31,863 nucleotides of DNA, taken from contig JANQHR010000077.1 in the NCBI GenBank assembly GCA_028282585.1, positions 1-31,863 of the forward strand, in the 5' to 3' direction. Origin of the DNA: Bacteroidales bacterium (GTDB lineage: Bacteria; Bacteroidota; Bacteroidia; Bacteroidales; UBA12077). The notes beneath the pieces were generated by a model. It saw only the letters and a program-made list of their open reading frames with translations, did not search any database and was not told where the DNA came from. Position 1 is the first letter of the stretch, and the number at the start of each line of letters is the position of its first letter. Positions 24,333-31,863 of the stretch are shown one piece after another. The translations under genes and the position numbers were made by a program.

Positions 24333-27300
24333 ATGGATTTAAATAAATTAACAAAGAAGCAACTTATTGATCTTTTAAACTCGCAAGAGAAAAAAGAAAC
24401 TAATCCTATAGCTTATTTGGAAAAAGATTATGTTAAATTCTTATTTGAAAATACTACCAATCCATTACTTCTTTTTAGTATTGATAAAAAAGGTAACCCG
24501 GATAATTTTATTGGTGCAAATCAAGCAGCCTGTTCTTTACTCGAATATGATATCCAAGAAATAACGGAAATAAATTTGAATGATATTCTACCTCAAGGAT
24601 ATCATCGAGTTGCAGAAGAATTCATACAGGATCTTATCTTTAAAAAAAGTGCTTCATCCAATTTAGTGATTGTTTCAAAAGAGCAGATAAATATACCTGT
24701 TAAAATAAATGCAACCCTTTTCTTGGATAAAAACAATTATATAATCCTTACAATTTTAAATGATTTAACCGAGATTAGAAGAAGCAACTATTTAATACAA
24801 AAGGATTATGAAAATAATAAAAAATTATTGCAACTGTTCTTATTAGCTCCCGATTTAAATGACCAGGAATTATTCAACTTTGTTCTTGATACTGCAGTTG
24901 ATATAACTGGAAGTAGTATAGGTTTTTTTCACAAAGTAGCCGAAGATCAAAATACAATAATACTAACTTTATGGAACAAAGAAGCCTTAAAAAATTGTTA
25001 CGCCACATATAATACACACTACCCTATTAGTATTGCAGGAAATTGGGTAGACTGTGTGCGGACAAAAAAACCGGTTATTTATAACGACTTTGCTAAATCT
25101 CCAAACCAAAAGGGATTACCTAAAAAACATGCTCCGCTTAAAAGATTTATGAGTATACCCGTTGAAGAGGAAAATAAAATCAGGTATATATTGGGAGTAG
25201 GAAATAAACACACGGATTACACTAATAACGATGTAATACAAATCCAACTTATAACCAGCGAATTAGTTAAAGTACTAAAAAAACGAAAATCAGAAAAGGC
25301 ATTACAAAAAAGTGAAGAACAACTTCGCGAGGCACAAAGTGTAGCTAGAATTGGAAGTTGGGAACTAAATGTTGTCAACAACGATTTATCCTGGTCCAAA
25401 GAAGTTTATAGGATTTTTGATTTAGATCATAAAACGCATCAGGCAAATTATGACTTATTTTTGAGTAAAGTCCATCCAGATGACAGAGAATTAGTAAATA
25501 ACGCTTATTCAAATTCGTTAAAAACAAAAACTCCTTACAATATTACGCATCGTCTTATTACAAATAATGGAGATTTAAGATATATAAACGAAAGATGTAA
25601 AACATTTTATAACAGTAAAGGAGAACCTGTCAGGTCTGTGGGAACAGTTCAGGATGTAACAGAGCAAATAATTGCTAATAAAAAACTCCAGAAAAGTGAA
25701 CAAGAATTCAGGAATATATTTGAAAATTCGGTAGTAGGTTTTTACCGAATCAAGTCGAATGGAGAAACTCTTATGACCAATAATACCTTAGCAGAAATGC
25801 TTGGATATAAATCTGCCGAAGAGTTACTAAAAACCAATATCAATGAATCTCATTTTAATAAGAAGCATTCCAGGCAAAGATTTAATGAGATTATAAAAAA
25901 AACAGGCAAAATTATTGATCTTGAGTCTGCCTGGGTAAAAAAAGATAAATCTATTATTTACGTTTCAGAAAGTACACGCACAATTCATAATGAAAATAAT
26001 GAAATACTTTATTATGAAGGAACTGTAGTTGATATAACCCAACGTAAAAGAACTCAGAAAGCACTTTTAAAAAGCGAACAAAGATTTAAAGCTTTATTTG
26101 AGGCAGCTAATGATGCAATTTTTATAATGAAAGATAACAAATTTATCGACTGCAATAAAAAAACTCTTGAAATATTCCAGTGCAAGAAAAGTCAAATTAT
26201 CAATAAATCTCCTACTCAATTTTCCCCCGAAATACAGGCTGATAAATCATATTCCAAGGTAAGCGCCCAAAATAAGATAAACGCTGCATTGAAAGGTAAA
26301 CCACAAGTTTTTGAATGGATACATAAAAAGTTAGGCGGTGAGCTATTTGATGCTGAAGTAAGCCTAAATAAAATCGACATTGATAATGAAATTTATTTAC
26401 AGGCTATAGTAAGAGACATTACTGAAAGAAAAAAAGCAGAAGAACAGATTCGAACTTTAAATGAAAACCTTGAGCAAAAAGTAAAAGAAAGAACTTACGA
26501 TCTGGAGCAAAGTGAGCAAAAATTCAGAGATATTGCAGAATTATTACCGCAAACAATTTTCGAAACCGATCTTCAGGGCAAAATAACTTACACAAATAAA
26601 TATGGCTTTAAATTAACTGGTTATACATTGAAAGATCTTACAAAAGGCATAAGTATTTTTCAAATCATAGATTCATCTGAAAGAAAACTACTTCAACAAA
26701 ATATTGAACAAAAACTAGAGGGTAAGAATACGGGTCCAAATGAGTATAGTCTTATAACAAAAAAAGGAGATAAAAAACCTGTTCTAATTTATTCCTCCCC
26801 AATAATAAGAAATGAAAAGATAGAAGGATTAAGAGGAATTTTAGTTGATATCTCAACACGTAAAAAGTATGAGGAAGAGCTCAAAAAACTTTCTCAAGCC
26901 ATTGAACAAAGCCCTGCATCAGTTGTAATTACTAATCTTGACGGAGATATTATATATGTAAATAGTTCTTTTACGAAGATTTCCGGATATAAAAAGAATG
27001 AGGCAATTGGAAAAAATCCAAGAATTCTTAACATGGAATATTTTTCCAAATCGTACTATGAAGAATTATGGAATACAATTCTGAGCGGAAAAAAATGGAC
27101 GGGTGAATTTAAAAACAAGAAAAAGAATGGCGAAATATATTGGGAGTATGCCTCAATTTCACCAATAGTAAATGACCAGAATGAAATCATATCATTTGTA
27201 GCAGTTAAAGAAGATATCACCGAACGTAAGAAAATAGAACAAGAACTTATTCTTGCTAAAGAAGCAGCGGAATCAGCGACCAAAGCCAAAACCAGATTTT

Positions 27301-28733
27301 TAGCAAATATGAGTCATGAAATTCGTACACCAATGAATGCCGTTCTTGGATTCACAGAATTATTGTTAACATTAGTTAAAGACGAGGAACAAAAAGGATA
27401 TCTTCGCTCCCTGTACTCCAGTGGAAATACTTTATTATCAATTATTAATGACATATTAGATTTATCTAAGGTAGAAGCAGGAAAATTAGAATTAAATTAT
27501 GATTTTGTTGAAACCCAAAGCTTTTTTAACGATTTATATCATATCTTCTCATTAAAAGCGCAAAATAAAGGATTAGAATTAACTTTTAAAATAAACAAAA
27601 GTGTTCCACAAAATATCTTTATAGATGATCTACGCCTACGCCAATCACTTATTAATATAATTGACAATTCCATAAAATTCACTAATAAAGGTTTTATTAA
27701 AGTAACGGTTAAAGCATCACAAATAAAAATTAAAAAAGGTCAAAATTTTACTAATTTAACAATCACGGTTGAAGATTCAGGTATTGGAATTTCAAAGGAA
27801 AATCAAAGCAAGATTTTTAAGTCATTTACACAAGAAAGCGGTCAGACTACAAGAAAATTTGGAGGCACTGGCCTTGGCTTGGCAATAACCAATAATCTCA
27901 TCAAATTAATGAAAGGAACCGTATCTGTTAATAGCATGCCAAATAAAGGAAGTACTTTCACTGTTAAGATCCCGAATGTCCAGCTATCAAATGAAACTCT
28001 CGAGATAGATAATAACTTCCACAATAGAATTCAAAATATAAAATTCTCCCCGTCAACGATCCTTGTTGTTGATGATATCGAGAATAACAAACTTTTTTTA
28101 GCGGAAGCCCTTAGGCAATTGGACCTAAAAGTGTATACCGCCGAAAATGGTGAAGTTGCCTTATTAATTATGGAGAAAGTCAAACCAGATCTAATCATCA
28201 CCGATATTAGGATGCCCGTAATGAATGGATTTGATTTACTTGAGGAAATCAGGAAAAACTCGAATTATGAGGACATAACAGTTGTTGCAACCTCTGCTTC
28301 TGTTCTATTTGATGATAGTACGAAGAAAAAATTGACAAAATTTAACGGATTTTTATCTAAACCTGTATTAACTAGCAAATTAATCCCATTACTTACTGAG
28401 TTTTTACCTCATAAGAAATACGATTCTAACGAAAAGGAAATACATCTAACCAAAAAAGCCATAAAACAATTACCTAAAACCATCGAATTATTGGAAACTA
28501 AATTCCACAAGAAGTGGGTTAAATTCGAAAAAAGGAAACCCGTTCAAGAAATTCAATTATTTAGTGAAGAGCTAATTGAGTTAGCAAATTATTCAGATAA
28601 TAAAATTCTTCTGGATTATGCCGATTCTTTAAAGAAGTCGGCAATTACCTATGATATTGATATTATGCTTAAACTTCTGAATAGCTATAAGCGCTTGATA
28701 AAAAAATTGAAAAACTATGAAACCACAAATTGA
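24333..28733 (+). CDS. Large soluble hybrid histidine kinase (PAS-GAF-5xPAS-HisKA-HATPase-REC-helical tail)
   Basis: ATG 24333 (MDLNK) preferred over TTG 24273. Repeated PAS/PAC ends (DLTE, QDVTE, DITQRK, RDITERK, DISTRK, EDITERK); FLANMSHEIRTPMN; GGTGLGL; REC TDIRMP..SKP. Confidence 0.92.
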   Translation: MDLNKLTKKQLIDLLNSQEKKETNPIAYLEKDYVKFLFENTTNPLLLFSIDKKGNPDNFIGANQAACSLLEYDIQEITEINLNDILPQGYHRVAEEFIQDLIFKKSASSNLVIVSKEQINIPVKINATLFLDKNNYIILTILNDLTEIRRSNYLIQKDYENNKKLLQLFLLAPDLNDQELFNFVLDTAVDITGSSIGFFHKVAEDQNTIILTLWNKEALKNCYATYNTHYPISIAGNWVDCVRTKKPVIYNDFAKSPNQKGLPKKHAPLKRFMSIPVEEENKIRYILGVGNKHTDYTNNDVIQIQLITSELVKVLKKRKSEKALQKSEEQLREAQSVARIGSWELNVVNNDLSWSKEVYRIFDLDHKTHQANYDLFLSKVHPDDRELVNNAYSNSLKTKTPYNITHRLITNNGDLRYINERCKTFYNSKGEPVRSVGTVQDVTEQIIANKKLQKSEQEFRNIFENSVVGFYRIKSNGETLMTNNTLAEMLGYKSAEELLKTNINESHFNKKHSRQRFNEIIKKTGKIIDLESAWVKKDKSIIYVSESTRTIHNENNEILYYEGTVVDITQRKRTQKALLKSEQRFKALFEAANDAIFIMKDNKFIDCNKKTLEIFQCKKSQIINKSPTQFSPEIQADKSYSKVSAQNKINAALKGKPQVFEWIHKKLGGELFDAEVSLNKIDIDNEIYLQAIVRDITERKKAEEQIRTLNENLEQKVKERTYDLEQSEQKFRDIAELLPQTIFETDLQGKITYTNKYGFKLTGYTLKDLTKGISIFQIIDSSERKLLQQNIEQKLEGKNTGPNEYSLITKKGDKKPVLIYSSPIIRNEKIEGLRGILVDISTRKKYEEELKKLSQAIEQSPASVVITNLDGDIIYVNSSFTKISGYKKNEAIGKNPRILNMEYFSKSYYEELWNTILSGKKWTGEFKNKKKNGEIYWEYASISPIVNDQNEIISFVAVKEDITERKKIEQELILAKEAAESATKAKTRFLANMSHEIRTPMNAVLGFTELLLTLVKDEEQKGYLRSLYSSGNTLLSIINDILDLSKVEAGKLELNYDFVETQSFFNDLYHIFSLKAQNKGLELTFKINKSVPQNIFIDDLRLRQSLINIIDNSIKFTNKGFIKVTVKASQIKIKKGQNFTNLTITVEDSGIGISKENQSKIFKSFTQESGQTTRKFGGTGLGLAITNNLIKLMKGTVSVNSMPNKGSTFTVKIPNVQLSNETLEIDNNFHNRIQNIKFSPSTILVVDDIENNKLFLAEALRQLDLKVYTAENGEVALLIMEKVKPDLIITDIRMPVMNGFDLLEEIRKNSNYEDITVVATSASVLFDDSTKKKLTKFNGFLSKPVLTSKLIPLLTEFLPHKKYDSNEKEIHLTKKAIKQLPKTIELLETKFHKKWVKFEKRKPVQEIQLFSEELIELANYSDNKILLDYADSLKKSAITYDIDIMLKLLNSYKRLIKKLKNYETTN

Positions 28734-29880
28734 TTTGAAGAGTGCAGAGATTTTAATTGTTGATGACAACCCTAAGAATCTTCAGGTTTTAAGTAATATC
28801 CTGGTGCAACAAGGTTACAGTATTGAATTTGCTACCGATGGACGTCAGGCCATTGATTGGATAGAAAACAAACCCTTTGATTTAGTACTCCTTGATGTTA
28901 TGATGCCGGAGATTGATGGATTTGAAGTGTGTCAAAAACTTAAGGCCAAAAAAGAATTTAATGGAATTCCTATCATATTTCTTACAGCTAAAACCGACAA
29001 AGAAAGTATTATTAAAGGATTTGAATCCGGAGGCCAGGATTATATCACTAAGCCATTTGATTCGCATGAATTACTGGCCAGAGTGGAAACCCATCTGATT
29101 CTAAAGTTTAGCCTGGAAAAGCTGGAAGATTTAAATAAATGGCTCGAAGAGCAAGTTGCTTTAAAAACGGAAGAGCTTCGAATTGCATATGATGAATTAA
29201 CTTTGCTCGATGAGGCAAAAATTGAATTTCTAAAAATTTTAAGCCATGAACTGAGAACACCATTAAATGGAATAAAAGGATTTACACAAATTCTAAAGCA
29301 AAAACTCAGTCCGGACCTTTTACATTATATAGATATAATTAACATATCAACCGATAGGCTGGAGAGGTTTAGCCGGGTTGCATTGCTTATTTCTTCCTTA
29401 AGAACAAAATCATATCCGCTGAATCTAAAAAAAATAGGGATTCACTCCATCCTAAACGAAACATGTAATGACTTTACGGAACAACTTAATGAAAACAATA
29501 TCGAAATCGAATGTGAATCAACTTTTAATGATGATATTATTACGGGTGACTTTGAATTAATAAAGGAAACTTTTAACCAATTAATCGAAAATGCCATTTT
29601 ATATTCTAACAAGAATGGTAAGGTCACTATAAGTATAAGTGATAATGATAACTTGGTTACAGTTTTAATTAAAGATTCCGGTAACGGATTTTCAAAAGAA
29701 GCTCTTGAAAATATCTTTCAGCCTTTCGGACTTGGACAAGATCACATAGATAAAAAAGTAGGTTTAGGGTTACATCTTGTAAAATTAATAATGGATGCGC
29801 ATAAGGCAACTATAAATATTGGAAATAATAAAGATGGAGGTTCATACGTTGGGCTAATTTTCAATAAAAACTTAAAATAA
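28717..29880 (+). CDS. Hybrid response regulator / histidine kinase (REC-HisKA-HATPase)
   Basis: ILIVDD, LLDVMMP, FLTA, YITKPF; SHELRTPLNG; LIENAILY; DSGNG; VGLGL. 17-nt overlap with the upstream kinase. Confidence 0.92.
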   Translation: MKPQIDLKSAEILIVDDNPKNLQVLSNILVQQGYSIEFATDGRQAIDWIENKPFDLVLLDVMMPEIDGFEVCQKLKAKKEFNGIPIIFLTAKTDKESIIKGFESGGQDYITKPFDSHELLARVETHLILKFSLEKLEDLNKWLEEQVALKTEELRIAYDELTLLDEAKIEFLKILSHELRTPLNGIKGFTQILKQKLSPDLLHYIDIINISTDRLERFSRVALLISSLRTKSYPLNLKKIGIHSILNETCNDFTEQLNENNIEIECESTFNDDIITGDFELIKETFNQLIENAILYSNKNGKVTISISDNDNLVTVLIKDSGNGFSKEALENIFQPFGLGQDHIDKKVGLGLHLVKLIMDAHKATINIGNNKDGGSYVGLIFNKNLK

Positions 29881-29910
29881 AAAGATGCCTTCCGACTAGA
29901 AGACATCTTT
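29874..29910 (-). terminator. Intrinsic terminator of sucC
   Basis: Minus strand AAAGATGTCTTC-tagtcg-GAAGGCATCTTT-TTATTTT; the stem pairs fully (one G-U) on the minus strand. Confidence 0.75.
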
Positions 29911-29931
29911 AACAAAATATTTTATTGTCAT

Positions 29932-31119
29932 TTAAACCAATTCTTTTACCAAATCCGCAGCTTCTTGTAAAGTAATAGCTGAATAAACTTTTAAACCCGA
30001 TTCATCAATTAGTTTTTTGCCTTCCTCAGCATTAGTTCCCTGTAATCGAACAATAACCGGAACATTTATTGTACCAATGGTTTTATATGCGTCAACCACA
30101 CCTTGCGCTACGCGATCGCAACGAACAATACCTCCAAAAATATTTATTAAAATTGCTTTTACATTCGGATCTTTTAAAATAATTCTAAATCCTGCCTCAA
30201 CGGTTTGTGCATTTGCACTTCCGCCCACATCCAGAAAGTTTGCAGGATCACCGCCAGCCAATTTTATAATGTCCATGGTTGCCATAGCTAAACCTGCTCC
30301 GTTTACCATACACCCAACATTACCATCTAGCTTAACAAAGTTTAGGTTATATTTTCCTGCTTCCAATTCAGCCGGATCTTCTTCGGAAATATCCCTCATT
30401 GCCTCATAATCAGGATGACGATATAATGCATTATCATCTATATTTACTTTTGCATCGGCAGCGAAAATTCTATCATCGGAAGTTTTAAATACGGGATTAA
30501 TCTCAAATAAAGAAGAATCACTTTTTTCGTAAGCAGCATACAAAGCCATAACAAACTTTACCATTTCTTTAAATGCTTTACCACTTAATCCGAGGTTAAA
30601 CGCAATAATTCTTGCCTGATAAGCCTGAATTCCGACTCTTGGATCTATCTCTTCCTTAAAAATTAAGTGAGGTGTTTGTTCTGCCACAGTTTCAATATCC
30701 ATTCCTCCTTCTGTAGAATACATAATTATGTTTCTTCCGGTTGCTCTGTTTAATAAAACACTCATATAAAACTCCTGAATTTCACTCACTCCCGGGTAGT
30801 AAATTCCCTGCTCTACTAAAACCTTATTAACTTTTTTTCCTTCAGGTCCTGTTTGGTGTGTAACTAACTGCATTCCAATAATATCAGTCGCAAATTGCTT
30901 TACATCTTCTAAAGATTTTGCAATTTTAACTCCACCTCCTTTTCCGCGCCCGCCTGCATGAATTTGAGCTTTTACTGCCCATGTATCCATCCCGGTTTTT
31001 TCCTGGATTTGTTTTGCTGCATCTACTGCTTTTTCAGGGTTATCAATAACAACTCCTTCCGGAACTGCTACTCCAAATTCTTTTAATATACTTTTTGCCT
31101 GATATTCGTGGATATTCAT
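29932..31119 (-). CDS. sucC: Succinyl-CoA synthetase beta subunit
   Basis: MNIHEYQAK, KAQIHAGGRGKGGGVK, GCMVNGAGLAMATMD, PANFLDVGG, NIFGGIVRCD, VRLQGTN. Confidence 0.97.
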   Translation of the reverse strand: MNIHEYQAKSILKEFGVAVPEGVVIDNPEKAVDAAKQIQEKTGMDTWAVKAQIHAGGRGKGGGVKIAKSLEDVKQFATDIIGMQLVTHQTGPEGKKVNKVLVEQGIYYPGVSEIQEFYMSVLLNRATGRNIIMYSTEGGMDIETVAEQTPHLIFKEEIDPRVGIQAYQARIIAFNLGLSGKAFKEMVKFVMALYAAYEKSDSSLFEINPVFKTSDDRIFAADAKVNIDDNALYRHPDYEAMRDISEEDPAELEAGKYNLNFVKLDGNVGCMVNGAGLAMATMDIIKLAGGDPANFLDVGGSANAQTVEAGFRIILKDPNVKAILINIFGGIVRCDRVAQGVVDAYKTIGTINVPVIVRLQGTNAEEGKKLIDESGLKVYSAITLQEAADLVKELV

Positions 31120-31214
31120 AATATAAATAATTTATACTGAAAATTAATATCACGAAAATATTGTTTTTTTATACATTTAACCAATTTTTCGAATACAAAT
31201 TAACTTTAATAAAA

Positions 31215-31748
31215 ATGCGAAAGCTTAAGAATAGTGAATTAAACAGGATAAGCATTAAGGAATTCAAAAGTTCGGAAAAAACTCCAATTGTTGTAATTTT
31301 AGATAATATCAGGAGCTTAAATAACATAGGTAGTGTATTTAGAACCTCAGATGCATTTTTAATTGAGAAGATTTATTTATGTGGAATTACGGCAAAACCT
31401 CCGCATAAAGATATTCATAAAACTGCTCTTGGAGCTACCGATTCAGTAAACTGGGAACATTCTAAAAATACTATGGATGTTTTAAAGAAACTAAAACTCG
31501 ACGGGTATACTATCATATCCATTGAGCAAACGGAAAAAGCAGTTATGCTTCAGGAATTTAAGCTTGAAGTCAATCAAAAATATGCCGTAATTTTTGGAAA
31601 TGAAGTAAAAGGAGTTCAACAAGAAATTGTTGATGAAAGCAATTATGTAATTGAAATTCCACAATTTGGAACCAAACACTCTTTTAATATTTCTGTTAGT
31701 GCTGGTATTGTTCTTTGGGAATTATTTAGAAAATTAAAATCTATATAA
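31215..31748 (+). CDS. SpoU/TrmH-family RNA methyltransferase
   Basis: ATG 31215 (MRKLKNSELNR) preferred over TTG 31161. SPOUT motifs LDNIRS..NIGSVFRT, FGNEVKGV, IPQFGTKHSFNISV. Confidence 0.92.
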   Translation: MRKLKNSELNRISIKEFKSSEKTPIVVILDNIRSLNNIGSVFRTSDAFLIEKIYLCGITAKPPHKDIHKTALGATDSVNWEHSKNTMDVLKKLKLDGYTIISIEQTEKAVMLQEFKLEVNQKYAVIFGNEVKGVQQEIVDESNYVIEIPQFGTKHSFNISVSAGIVLWELFRKLKSI

Positions 31749-31863
31749 AAAAGCGGCATGAAACCCACTTGTGGTCGGAAGAAATTCCGACCATTTTTTT
31801 GCTGTTTCGGTCAAGTTTTAAACATCAGATCAGGATTACCACCACACTGAGTTACGATAATTG
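31749..31863 (-). ncRNA. Candidate structured ncRNA (3' part only), possibly Bacteroidales-1-like
   Basis: More GC-rich than other intergenic DNA here; two hairpins (31772-31793, 31803-31824); minus-strand end GGGUUUCAUGCCGCUUUU. Resemblance to the Bacteroidales-1 motif is from memory only. Confidence 0.4.
31772..31800 (+). terminator. Terminator-like hairpin after the SpoU gene
   Basis: TGGTCGGAA-GAAA-TTCCGACCA perfect 9-bp stem followed by T7. Confidence 0.75.

Noticed and set aside
30017-30409. 130-aa plus ORF
   Set aside because: Antisense in-register shadow of sucC.
29932-31119. sucC without sucD (and gcvP without gcvT/gcvH) as an anomaly
   Set aside because: Dispersed pathway genes are common in Bacteroidota; partners are probably elsewhere.
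1-31863. CRISPR array, IS/transposase, prophage, defence system, tRNA/rRNA
   Set aside because: No spaced repeats, recombinase or phage motifs, or cloverleaf structures were seen; intergenic gaps are all under about 260 bp.

Overview
AT-rich chromosomal segment of a Bacteroidota bacterium, probably an anaerobic Bacteroidales/Marinilabiliales-like organism. This is inferred from TAnnTTTG -7 promoter boxes, a DUF4294 gene, Gln-start secreted proteins and the lack of obvious Shine-Dalgarno motifs. It holds about 25 CDS: housekeeping genes (ddl partial, gcvP, pcm, thpR, elbB, arcA, sucC, a SpoU/TrmH methylase, a priming sugar transferase, an ABC permease) and four histidine kinases (an OmpR-type pair, two soluble GAF/PAS hybrids, one REC-HK). 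I saw no tRNA, rRNA, CRISPR array, transposase or prophage gene. The best leads are: (1) a Tat-less DMSO-reductase-family molybdoenzyme with a fused DmsB-DmsC partner that appears to face the cytoplasm; (2) a 70-aa secreted Lys/Cys-rich microprotein with its own promoter and terminator, divergent from an OmpR-type two-component system, whose TGTTAA-N5-TGTTAA repeat recurs at identical spacing in the DUF4294 promoter 11 kb away, suggesting a small regulon; (3) a Gfo/Idh/MocA-like pseudoenzyme; (4) a candidate structured ncRNA cut by the right edge. All family calls are motif recognition by eye; no database searches were run.
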